DNA from: Nemertoderma westbladi
Lineage: Eukaryota > Animalia > Xenacoelomorpha
Length of the DNA: 64,000 nucleotides
Assembly: GCA_032718475.1 (NCBI GenBank)
Contig: JAUCBJ010008467.1
Span: 1 to 64,000, forward strand
Direction of reading: 5' to 3'
Position 1 is the stretch's first letter, and every line of letters starts with the position of its first letter. Below are positions 41,055 to 52,854 of this stretch, piece by piece. The notes below the pieces were generated by a model. That model worked only from the letters and a program-made list of their open reading frames with translations, ran no database searches and was not told the DNA's origin. A program made the position numbers and the translations under genes.

Positions 41055-41150
41055 TGGTTTTCAACTCTTGAAAAAGATATACATATTATATCGAAAACCA
41101 GTGATAAAGTAATATATGAATTTTTTCTGAGGTTGATCTAGGTTTATTTA
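41055..41150 (+). ncRNA. Hammerhead-ribozyme-like motif in Penelope 3' pLTR
   Basis: Same CTTGAAAAA-GATATA-CATAT-TATATC-GAAA core; AAAACCA can pair with upstream TGGTTTT (41055-41061) or downstream GGTTTT. Confidence 0.5.
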
Positions 41151-41519
41151 AAATAATATTTTATTTATTTATTATTTTATGCTTACAAATTTATATATAT
41201 ATGTTTTATATATACAGTATATTATTAAAGTCGTGTTGGAAGGGTAGGCAGAGTCCACTTGGGCCACCCCCCCCCCCCCCCCTTTATAATATGTTAAAGT
41301 GTAAATAAATTTCATAATTAATACAATAATGTTAAGGTATGAGTCAAACATAATTTCTCGTAAACGGGTTTGAAAGATCTTCCATTTAATAATTTATTAT
41401 ATAATTATTCTGAAATTATTCAAAATAAATTTAAAGTAATAAATTAAGTAATAGCCTGCAAATTAATCCTCACTGTCTACCAAGGGTGAGGAGGGGGGGG
41501 GGGGGGGGGGGTCATCACA

Positions 41520-42132
41520 TGTAAGCGGACTCAATTCCCTGCACTACCCAGCGGAAAATGGGCAAGTGGCATTTTACCAATTATAGTTGGGAAGGTGACA
41601 TTACCAATAATAATGTCACCTAATAACCAACTTAGGCGATACACGTTGCCAGCCCCAAAGAAAGTTGAGAGGTCATAAACCATCTCAAAGGGACAAAGGG
41701 GCTAGCACGTGGGGATAGTGGCAGCAGGAAGTAGCAAGATGGAGATTAATCGGGTTAGCCAATGATGGGAGGGGAAAACAGGCAATTGGAAGCATCTATT
41801 GGCCAGGCCACTCAATACAGTAGCAGTGACTAATATGTGTTAATAATATAATCGTTGTACTTGTGGATTATGATTCAGTTGGTATCTGTAGAGTTGTGAG
41901 ACCGGAACGGTTTTTAACCATCGTCGCCATTACCGTGCTATTATATTCTGACTGTGCTATTATTATGTTCTGTGATTATAACAACTGACACTAAAAACTC
42001 AGTTATTCCAACAGCCTTCATCCTCAATATCCAGACCTCAGCCTTTCAGCAGCCTACGGATGCGGCAACACGTATAATACAAAAACAACACACCAGTCGG
42101 GGTTTAGCAATCAACTCCTAAGTCCTGTCACA
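41520..42132 (+). repeat. 5' LTR of element C
   Basis: Direct repeat of 63169-63792, roughly 95% identical by eye; CCAAT ~41759, TATATAA ~41846. Confidence 0.92.
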
Positions 42133-42217
42133 GTTAAAAACTGCCGAGGAAGTTAAAAATCGACGAGTCGATATCGAAGATTAAAGAAAATAAACTGTGA
42201 CCACAGCCAGCGCCAAC

Positions 42218-45200
42218 ATGAGTGAACAACAGATGCCCCAATGTCCAGAAGGAGAAGCGATCCCGCCGCAAACCCCGAGCGACAGGGACCAGATGATTCG
42301 GGAAGCAGCGACGAGGCAGTACCGGCCCGCCAAAACAACAAACACAACAAACAAATACAACAAACATTTTCACTACCTAGTCCGATTTGGGCAGGGGGAA
42401 CTAGCAAGTGAGAGGGAGAGGGGGGTCGCCACAGAACTGTTCGAATTGTGGCGATCCAAGGTGGTGGCGGCTAGTGTGGTGTATATAGGATATATATATA
42501 TATATATATATCTAGTAGATGCGAGGGGGATTAAGTTAGTGGGATGGGCGGATCCGCACGACGCCGAACCCGAGGTTAACCCCAAAGATTCGGTGTTGTC
42601 GGTTAGTAGGAATGTTTGTAAGCATGGGAAAATTAGTAGGATGAGCAGGCGACAGGAGTCCGTTGCAACCGAAAAGTCCGTTACATCCTTCGCGAAAGCA
42701 AGATGGGTGTTAGAAATCTGGCATATCAGCTAGACATAGTCACGCTAGACCATAAGGAACTAGAGAGACAACTGGATTAGGAGACTGCGTCACTAGAAAG
42801 GGAAAGGGAACTAGCGAGAGAGTGTAAAGAGAGGGCCGAGAGGGTGGCAAAAAACTATATAGAACGTAATGAGAAAGAAATAAGCGAGCGTGATGAGCGG
42901 GAGGCGAGAGAGGAGAACAAGCGCAAAGAGCGGGAAGCGAGGAAATCTGAGAGGATTGAGAGAGAGGCGAACGAGCGCAGAGAGCGAAAGGCGAAGGAGG
43001 CAGAACTAGCTGATCAGAGTACTAGAGAGGATAGAGAGAGAGAGAGGGTGGGTAAACGTATGAGGGATGATATGCATACCCAGTTGAGGGGGTTAATGCA
43101 ATATCAGGCGAAGCAATTTAGAACTTAATTTTAAATTTTTAAATTAATAAAAATAGAACTTAAATTAGAACTGGCAAAACTGAGTTTATCAGAGAGCGAG
43201 GCTGTTTTTATGAGTGTTTTATGAAGTATTTATGAGGAACCAGGAGTGATGGAAACCTTTGTTAATACCCCACTTACAGGTACCGGACGACAGACTCAGA
43301 ACTGGTGTGACTGGATGGGCGGGGGGAGGGGGGGGGGGGGGGTGTAATGACAATACGTTTAATGAAAACGTTAATATTTATAGTACCGTAGTAGATAACC
43401 CTAATACTAACGAAACATTTCTTGCAGGAAATAATATTTTGGTTAATAATAATGTTGATACTGGTACAGCAAATAATTTAAATAATAATGTAACAAATAA
43501 TGACGGTGAAGAAAATAACTTAAATAATAATGTAAATATTGGTGCGTCAAATAACCAAAGTAATTTAAATAACAACCGCCGGGGGGGCGCAGAAAACGCT
43601 CCACAGATGTTGATGGGAAATGCGCTCTGTGATTCAAGTGAACCGGGGCTCCCGACGATGGATTAAAGGGGGGGGGGGGGGGGTGCAGCAGAAGCCCCAC
43701 GAGCGTCGGCAGACAATGCGTGCGGTTAAGTGAACCATGGCACCCGACAATGGAGGATAATAAGAGGGCAACGAATATCCGCAAGGCCATCCAACCAGGC
43801 AGAGGGATGGACATTGGAGCCGTAAGCGCCCAAACGAGAAAACGTCGAGCCCACTCGGAAGAAGGAAGGAGGACAGTAGAGTTCATCCGGCAGGTCGATA
43901 TGAGACCTCATAACGCTGAAACCAGAAGAAGTGAGGAGGAACGGGGAAGTGTTGCTATGGGCAACCAGAGAAGTCGAGAGAGGATGGACTAGAGTAGAAC
44001 TAGATCGATAGTCAAACTAGAGAGAGAGAGCCGGTGGGGTCGTACTCCGGGAGATTGCCATCGCCCCGGAGGATCACAACCTGGCGAAATATACCACACA
44101 CCGGGAGAGGGGTACAGAGTGTACCGGTACGAGGAGGAAAAGGGAGGAAGGGATCGGAGGGAAACTTCCCGTCAGAACGTAGCTGCCGATCGAGGATATG
44201 GTAGTCATGGGGAGGAGTTCTCGGAATATTCGAGAAGATTAAACTTCGATCCGGAGGGACACAGGCAGACTGCAGAACATAATGTAGGCCATGCTGGGAG
44301 AGATAGTGTAGGCGATGGGGTAGCGCGAATGCCGGGATTGTACCCGGAGGTCGTGGCACATATACAGGTTAGTAGGCAGGTTAATAGGACCCCCTTGGAA
44401 ATAAGCTGCAAAGCTTTAGGGGTAATCCTATATGTTATGTTGGACAATACCTTTATACCGGTACATTGTTTGGTGTATTTGTTATTGTTTTTACATAATG
44501 TACAAATAAATCTATCTATCTATCTATAATAGGCCATTGCTGATGGCCACTAAATCGGTCATTGCGGTTCTAATGAGCATAATATTAATTCAGTAGGAGA
44601 ACTCAAAGTTGGCCATCGCGAAAATTTAGAATTATCATCACTTGTGCCAAATGGTAGGTTCTGTCCATGTGCCTGTGGCACTAGTTCCCTTGATCCAAAA
44701 ATTAAAATTTTGGTATTTAACTAAGTTTGGACCCATTTGATGACATTTGATGCATGCAGGAAGTTCTTTCTTGAGTCATTGAACTTTCATTAATGTGTTA
44801 TATTGCTATAAATTTAAATATGGCGCATCGCGATGGCTTAAAATTTCAACCCTCTTGGGATCCGTGAAGATATAGACGAAATTTAAAGAAATTTTTTTGC
44901 CTTATTTTTTACCATTTGGCAACTTTTGTGCACCGGTAGAACAATGAAATCTAAAAAAAAGTAAAAAACGCACCGCCCTAATGTATAGTGGAAAGGGTGG
45001 AGGACGAATCCGGAGAAGTACCATTGGTAGAGGAGACAGGACGACAAGTAACAGCTAGGGAGTGGGTGGAGGAGAATGGGTTCGACGCACAGGACCTAGA
45101 GGCGATGGGATTGGACAAAGACATTCCTGGCGAGTATCGGTATGGGAATGGGGAAGAGTGGATGGCAAGGTAAGAGACTCCATTCTTAGAGGGTATAAAG

Positions 45201-45770
45201 AATATACCGATACTAAGTAGGTCAAATATGAAGATAAGGTGAAAAGGGAGAGGATGTAAGAAGGTTAATCCAAAGGGAGAGGAGCCGAAGACGAAGGGTG
45301 ACAAAGGAGACAGGAAAGTTAGAGGAGATGTGTTGCACACGGGGCTGGCAGAGTGCGCGGGGGCATTAAATGGTAAGCCATTATGCGTACCGAAGGATGA
45401 CCATGACCAAGGGTCATCGATGGGCTTTAACGCCGGCGCACATATTGAAGGGGAGGCCAGCAGAGGTGGCATGTACCAGTGAGGCTGACATGAAGGGCGG
45501 CATTCTACCACCAAGTGACATATTGAAGGGTGGCATTTTGCTGCCAGAGGACAATAAGGAGTTGTGTGAGGAGATGGAAAGATCCGATCTTAGGGTGGAG
45601 GAAAAGGGGAAGTCAGATCCAAGAGATTTGGAATCGACAAGGGGAGTGGGGCAGAGAATAAGAGGAACTACAGGGGGGCAGTGGGAGAGTTGCCTGCTGG
45701 AGGAATCTCCCTTAGGTTGTTCAGTCGTCCAATAAGTTGGACTGAGGGGGGTGGGAATGAGGGCGATACA
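42218..45770 (+). pseudogene. Gag and protease-like remnants of element C
   Basis: E/R-rich coiled coil 42844-43128, Asn-rich tract 43340-43575, VMLD followed after an AT-rich ~530 bp insertion (~44445-44975) by YRYGNG and IPILSRSNMK, resembling retrotransposon aspartyl protease motifs. Confidence 0.45.
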
Positions 45771-46374
45771 CCCTTCCCACAAAAATAAAATAAATAAATA
45801 AAATAAATAAGTAGTAAAACATCATTACCAAGGTACGCTGTAGGTATGACTGGTCCTCTCTGTTGCAACAGCCAAGTGTGAGATCCAGCTTCACACTACA
45901 GCTGAGCAACAGGTATGAGGCTCTTGCCTCTGAGGCGGCAGATCACTGTGAGGGCTATACTGCCTTTACAGAAGCAGTTAAGTTAGCAGCTGCAGAAACA
46001 GTTCCTATATACCCTCGAAACAGGAAAAGGGCCCCCTGGACTGACAACAAAATTCAGAAGTGCCGAAATGACCTTCATAAGGCGCAGAAAGAGTCCCGAC
46101 GCAAACAGACTACAGCGGCAAGAATGCAGTTAAGGCTGCATCTAGGTCCCTGAACAGGCAGTACTCTGCTAATCTACAGGAGCTAATAAACCAACAGGTT
46201 GATGCCATCAATGATGCTGACGACAGCAGGCAATCATCCCAGGCATGGAAATCGATCAATCTGCTTACTGGGCGGAAAAGCCAACCAACCACCAAGGTTA
46301 AGGCTGAATCACCAGCCGATCGCCTCAATGGTTGGAAAGCCCACTTTGATAAGCTCCTCAATAATGACAGGGTA

Positions 46375-47985
46375 TTGCCTGATAACTTTATAGAAGTAAA
46401 AGTGTCTGAGTCTGTACTCCCAGATATTCCCATTGGCGATATCTCCTTTGCAGAAGTGAAGGCTGCTGCAAAGAGCATTAAGACCAATCGTGCCAGTGGA
46501 GTAGATGGTGTTCCCCCTGAGGTCTTTAAAATACCTGAGTGTTTAAAGCTCATCTATCCCATCATAGTAGACATGTACCGAACAACAAGAGTCCCACAAG
46601 AAATGAAAACAAATAAGTTGGTGCCAGTTCCCAAGAAGGGCAACCTAACACTCTATGGTTCTTTTCGGGGAATCTCATTGATCTCGATTGCTGCAAAGCT
46701 ATACAATAGGATTCTATTAAATCTCATCAGGGATCCCATTGAGAGACTGCTCCGTGGAAATCAGAATGGGTTCCGTAAAGGTCGTGGGACCATGGAGCCC
46801 ATTTTGGCACTTAGAAGGATAATTGAAGAGTTATCAAAAAAGAAAGACAGGCATCTGGCTGTTATCTTTGTTGACTTCTTCAAGGCTTTTGATTCAGTCT
46901 CTCGCTCACGTATGTTCAGCATACTTTCATTATATGGGATTCCTGATGAAATTATTGCAGCAATCAGATCAGTATACGATGGTTCGACAACATTTGTGTC
47001 TACTGTTGACAGTGACACAGAACCATTTGAAGTGTTATGGGGCGTCCTCCAAGGAGACACACTTGCACCATTCTTGTTCATTATTGTGGTTGACTATGTT
47101 CTACGCATGTCCTTAGATCATTATAATGATGATGGGGTGATGATAACTCCACCTACTGGCTCCAGAAGTCGAGGAAATCCTGCCAAGTACCTAACTGATC
47201 TAGACTTTGCTGATAACTTAGGAGTACTCTCAGAATCATTAGAGGGAGCCCAATGGCTCCTCAGCTCATTAGAACATGCTGCTTCTAGTGTTGGTCTTTT
47301 TATTAACTCCAGAAAGACCAAAATTCTGACAGTTAAATTTGAAAGTCCTCAGCAAGTCTCTGATCGGATGAGCATAAGCTCAAAGGATGGTATGCTTGAG
47401 CATGTGGACGACTTCTGTTACCTGGGATCATGGATCCGGAAGTCAGGTGAGGACCTTCGAATACGTAAGGGAAAGGCATGGGCAGCCTTGAATAGGCTTT
47501 CCAGGATTTGGAAGTCACCGAGAATTAATCGGAAACTTAAGGTCCGATTATTTAGAGCAGCAGTAGTTCCAGTACTCCTCTACGGGAGTCCATGCTGGGC
47601 TCTAACTGCTGAGGACACCAAATCTCTGGATGGCACATTCACAAGAATACTACGCCGGGTTCATTGTGTCAAGTACAATGCACACATCTCCAACCAGACA
47701 CTATATAACATTGGAGGTGTCTCATTGGTTACCCCAAGCTTGACACTAGAACAAAATCGCCTCCGCTTTGCAGAACATTGCTTTCGCCGTGAGGACCAGC
47801 CAGTGCATAATCTTGTACTTTGGCAGCTTCATGGAGTGAATAAGCATGGTGGACAGCCCATGACTTTCTTGAGACGCATCTTAAAGGACACTGGCCTTAA
47901 ATATGCGGATGATCTAGCAAATGTCATGGGTGATAGGGAGTTGTGGCGGTGCAATTTTGTTGACAAGCCGACACAGCATTCTTAA
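46375..47985 (+). CDS. RTE-like LINE reverse transcriptase (5'-truncated element ~45860-48030, catalytic motif FADN)
   Basis: PVPKKG, FRGISL, QNGFRKGR, FVDFFKAFDSV, GVLQGDTLAPFLF, DLDFADNL, FCYLGS; (TAG)n-like tail at ~48016-48030. Confidence 0.92.
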   Translation: MPDNFIEVKVSESVLPDIPIGDISFAEVKAAAKSIKTNRASGVDGVPPEVFKIPECLKLIYPIIVDMYRTTRVPQEMKTNKLVPVPKKGNLTLYGSFRGISLISIAAKLYNRILLNLIRDPIERLLRGNQNGFRKGRGTMEPILALRRIIEELSKKKDRHLAVIFVDFFKAFDSVSRSRMFSILSLYGIPDEIIAAIRSVYDGSTTFVSTVDSDTEPFEVLWGVLQGDTLAPFLFIIVVDYVLRMSLDHYNDDGVMITPPTGSRSRGNPAKYLTDLDFADNLGVLSESLEGAQWLLSSLEHAASSVGLFINSRKTKILTVKFESPQQVSDRMSISSKDGMLEHVDDFCYLGSWIRKSGEDLRIRKGKAWAALNRLSRIWKSPRINRKLKVRLFRAAVVPVLLYGSPCWALTAEDTKSLDGTFTRILRRVHCVKYNAHISNQTLYNIGGVSLVTPSLTLEQNRLRFAEHCFRREDQPVHNLVLWQLHGVNKHGGQPMTFLRRILKDTGLKYADDLANVMGDRELWRCNFVDKPTQHS

Positions 47986-48149
47986 AAATGCAGCTGCAAT
48001 GCAGCATGCTGATCCTAGTTGTAGTAGTAGGTAGACATTATGTACATCTGATAGGTACAGATGTACCAATGTACATAATACATAGGTGTAGGTAGTTACA
48101 ATTACGTACGTTGGAAGGTACAAAATGTATCAACATACCCAATTTACAT

Positions 48150-48620
48150 ACGCACTATTTTGGCCATGAGGGCGCCATGTGAAGAGTTGAAGGGGGGTAT
48201 GCACGCATACCGTGATGGAAGGGTACACAGTACCTTAAGTACGTAATATGTACTATTGTGGGCACTGAGGGCGCCACGTGAGGAGTTGAAGGGGAGGTAT
48301 GTACGCATACCGTAGTAGAGGGGTACATAGTACCATAAGTACGTAATACGTACTATTGTAGGCACTGAGGGCGCCATGGAGGAGTTGAGGGGGGGGGGGG
48401 GGGGTATGCACACATACTGTGATGGAAGGGTACACAGTACCGTAAGTACATAATACGTACTATTATGGGCACTGAGGGCGCCACGTGAGGAGTTGAAGGG
48501 GAGGTATGTACGCATACTGTAGTAGAGGGGTATATAGTACCATAAATCCGTAATATGTACTATAGTGGGCACTGAGGGCACCATGTAAGGAGTTGAGGGG
48601 GGTATGTCGGCATAGTAAAA
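48150..48620 (+). repeat. ~100-bp tandem repeat, about 5 copies, alternating A/B variants
   Basis: GGCACTGAGGGCGCCA...GAGTTGA at ~48162, 48261, 48361, 48467 and 48567; units alternate GTGATGGAAGGG and GTAGTAGAGGGG. Confidence 0.85.
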
Positions 48621-48640
48621 TAGAATGTATAGGCTGCACG

Positions 48641-49852
48641 TGTTCGCGCTTTTAAGACCTTTGGCAGTTTAACCCGCCAAATCTATATGTCTTCTAGGTT
48701 ATAAATCTACTCCAGCCTACTGGCCTATGTCAAGTATTGAACACCTATAATAATTCTAACATTAGCCAAAGCCAGTCTGTGCGCGACCATTCACCCGCTG
48801 GATATACCCGGGAGACTGGATTTGGATGCTTTAATTTGATTGCGGTGCAGGCCTACCGTACTATTCGATTGATCGTTAATATATAATCTCTGACAAATAT
48901 TATTCACCTTTTGGGAAATATTAGCAGTTCCTTTAGGACGTGGCGCTCTATCTATTTAAACAGAGCTATGACTTACACTATACACAACGGTATGTCTTAT
49001 AGATCACCAAAGTGCATTCTTTAGGAAATGCTTTGTTACTCGGTCAAGCACACACAGACTATTGCACACAACTGCACACTGAATTGCCGATATTCACTGA
49101 TTTTAATCATATATAAAGAGAACAGCAACCAACATTTGTAGGGCCTATTAAGTAGCATTGAACTCACTACAAACCACGATAATGTATGTCGCAAATTGTT
49201 ATATGTAACCGGTCTCTCTAACCTTAGTGTATCAAGAAGATTGGGGTTTCGGATCGTTATCAATATTCTTCCCAATAATAATATGTAAACGAATGATACA
49301 ATCAACAACACAGTAAATAGCAGTAAATAATGCAAGTGTACTTAACCAAGCTGACCAAGGTGCTGTACCAAAACCGAGACCGAGATAACAGTTTGATGAT
49401 CTTATAATTAAAGACGCTCTAATGTCAGAAAACATTCCCCGGCCGGTGTTCTTAGGCGTGGGGGAAACGTCAGTACTGAATCATGGGATTCTGCTGTACA
49501 GCTTTTTTTACACAAAGGGAAAATCTCTGATTGGTCGAACTGACGTGGACACAGCTGATAGATGTCGTCATTTGAGCTGAGCAGAACAAAGAACCAAGGC
49601 TCCGTGCAGAGGCTCCACGTGTACAGCTCAGCTATTAGCTGTCGTCATAGTAACTACACTGTTCAAGAGTATTTCGGCTTTTACGTCATAGAATTGCGGA
49701 TTATGTCCGCTAAAGTACACATACAGAAGAAATTACTTTTATGTCCTCTAAAACACCAGTACAGTAAGGACACGGCCTTTTTATGCCTGGTAAACCAACT
49801 ACAGAGTACTTTACGGGGAAAATAACCGGCTAATTATGCAAAAGCCTTTACA
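48641..49852 (-). repeat. 3' LTR of element B
   Basis: TGTTCGCGC...CCTTTACA; direct repeat of 58310-59521. Confidence 0.95.
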
Positions 49853-52800
49853 CCGCTCCCAGAAAATGGGATTTAAGTCTATAAAATATAACAAATCACA
49901 GTTTCTAAAATATAAAAATACTCTAAACAGTTAGTCTTTCTTACGCGGACGGCGTTTATGCAGCTTTTGAGGCTAGCAAGAGTCCTTTTCTCTTTGGGGC
50001 GAGCCACTTTACTAGGAGGGCTATAACTCCTGGGTGAAGGGTGCAATATCATTGCATCAGAAGGTTTAGGGTTACGGTCAGTGTCTCGTCCATTTCGATC
50101 TGCTTCTCCTCGAGCTGATTTTCCTCCGCTTGCCGTTGGACACGCTCGTCCAAAACTCTCGCAGAGAATAGGGTTGTCTAAGCTCGATATCTTCTTAGAG
50201 ATTCAAGATTTCCCAATCGAACTGAGATAAGCCAATTCGTTTACCGCTTGGACTTGCTGTTATAACTTACGTTTATCTGAACAAACGCAGGTTTCCTTTC
50301 TGATCTTTGTAGAATAGCGTTTAACTCGTTTCGTACAACGCTCTCCTTCACCTTGATGAAGGGTTGTATCGCGTTAAACTGGGACGACCATACGGTTGAT
50401 TGGTGATATTAGGTGTCCGCGTCCCAATACGGCTAGGTAAGATGGGCGGCTAGCTAGAGCTCGCTGCCGGAGTGTTACCGATTAATTGTTAGGGTAGCAC
50501 TAGATCTTTGAACAGTGAATACAGCTCGTGAGGATCTGGGATACCATCAGAATCGAAAGTCTGAGGTCTAATCAAGGAACGAGGTGGTCTGACCGAGTAT
50601 TCCGGAACTATGATTGTAGGTTTACTCAAGGATCGTCTGAGTCGAGCGAGCGTAGGTGATATGTCGAACAAGTTTCGGTTTCCGTGGATGTTTATGTCTT
50701 TCCGTTTATTAGTTGGGTCTAGGGCATTTATCGTAATAATACCAAAGACGCACGTCTGGTAGGGGAAACGCGGATGATATTTATTTGTTGTTACAATGCT
50801 TCTATCAAGAATTCCAAATATACGTTAGAGTTACCGCGTCCATTTGTCTCTCTAATGTCTTTTCTTTCGAGTCGATTTCGAATAGAATTTTCGCATTCGA
50901 ATTTCAGTCGCTGCCGCTGGGTAGGATATATGTTCGACATAGTCCGTATCGTGTGAATCGATAGAATAGCCAATGGTTAAGAAGTCCATATACGTACTAT
51001 TACGATGCGTGTAGCGAGCGGTGAATTTTCCATAGTCCAATTCACGCGTAAGTTGCTTCTAGGAAATCGTCGGTTCGATATAACGACCATCGTCCTTCGT
51101 AGTAGTTGGACTAGCGTCGCCGCGTATCAAGCTATCAACAAACACTTGTAAAGGTAGAGTATATCGCTCCCCGATACCAAGACCATCTTCTATCAACTCC
51201 GTTATATCTGCTATATATGAGTTTATTAATATTATAATGAGCTTATAATTAGGCTAGCGAGCGTCGCTGCCTACCCCAATCAGCCCCCGGACAGTGTAAG
51301 AGCCTCAGCGCAAATGTATCGTCGCCGCTGTGTTTTCCGCCAACGTGTAGCTACACAACGACAACGACACTAGCACGAGTCACTCCACTGTCCGTCCCAA
51401 AGGCTTAGATACACTTCAGGTTCTTAATGGAGAGTTAGGGTTACTTTCACAATTGCGACTCGCTACTGTAAACACACCTTAGTAGTAACATTCGCCTATA
51501 AACTCACAAATTCCACACACACAACTGTCACAAATTACACACACTCGGGCCATTTGTCCGTTAGTCAGTGCCTTCCAGAATGCCACGTTATTATTATGTA
51601 TCCTTGGATACTAGCAGTGCCCTATTTATTTCTTACTATGCAATGGGCAAGCTTTCTATTGTTCTTTTTAACTTGTTTCTAATTCTAGCGTGGGTGTTAC
51701 TATGGTGACATTATGGAAAGCTAGCGGTAGAATTAGGGTAATTCCAATGCATACAGATCTGGGATGCTATTTAATAGTCATTCTTTAATGGTCCAATATC
51801 TCGTTTATATATGATTTTATAAATTTTATCGGCTATTGACTTATACATGGGAGATTCTCACACTCTAACACACTTAATAGGATGAATCTCCGCTCCCGTG
51901 ATCTATTAATTAATGGGATTTTGGGAATGTTATAAATTGCACAGAATGACAATTTATTAAATTCATTAAAATATGAATTTAAATTTATTCCCTGAAATTT
52001 TATTATTTGATAGTACAATTGACACAATTTGATTCCAGAGCAGGTCTGGGGACATAGGATCCTTAATTCTATGAAAATTGTCCTTTAAGAGTATCGGTAA
52101 GTGCTACGATATCTTAATCGACTAGAATTGTTAAAGGATCTGAATTTTACAGATTTTGATTTATAGATTTGTAAATATTAAATAATTAATATTTGAGATG
52201 GGCACCAATTTATTCCAGAACTTGTCTGGGGACGTTAACCACTGATTCTAGAATTTGTCTTTCAAGTATATCGGTGGGTGCCGCAATATCTTAATCGACT
52301 AGAATTACAGATGGTCAAAAGGTTTAACAGATTTATTTGCGTTTCACGCTACTGCTAGAGGGACATCACGCTACTATATGTATTAATATATATGGTATGA
52401 GAGCAATATCGCACGAAGCAATGTCAGTGTGAAGAGGCAAGTCGTTTCCAAGGTCTACCCAGAGCTTGGTTTAGCCGAGACACGAGGATCTCAACTTTGC
52501 ATTCCTAATACTCTGCCTACCAATAATACTTGAATATAGTAGTGGCTTTATTGTACTTTAATAAGTACGGACATTTCATCTTACTGTAGTCACGTATTTA
52601 TAATATGATACGGACAGTAAGGAAAGAGAAAAAATAATTATTTCTCGCCGTCGCACTAAATATATATTATAAGTAATTATGTACGTAATAAACACTAATA
52701 TATTGCACTAATCTACTAAATAATCACTAAAAGAACATTCTACTAAATAAAATTAAAGAAAACGATTATAATAAAATTACATAATAATACATACATAAAT

Positions 52801-52854
52801 ATAAAATAAAAACAAATATAAAATGATATAGTCACACGCCCACTCCATATGTTA

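Larger units (their letters stand above)
33680..41200 (+). mobile_element. Penelope-like element (pLTR-ORF-pLTR), RT region lost, multiply interrupted
   Basis: Direct repeats at 33682-33812 and 41067-41200, PLE-like N-terminal ORF fragments and a C-terminal GIY-YIG domain. Confidence 0.8.

Noticed and set aside
41491-41519. Poly-G tract as a PPT making 41520-42132 a 3' LTR
   Set aside because: The G run is separated from the LTR by TCATCACA, poly-G tracts are common in this window, and the near-TSD supports pairing with 63169-63792.
44445-44975. AT-rich insertion in the protease-like region as a defined MITE
   Set aside because: No TIR or TSD could be identified by eye.
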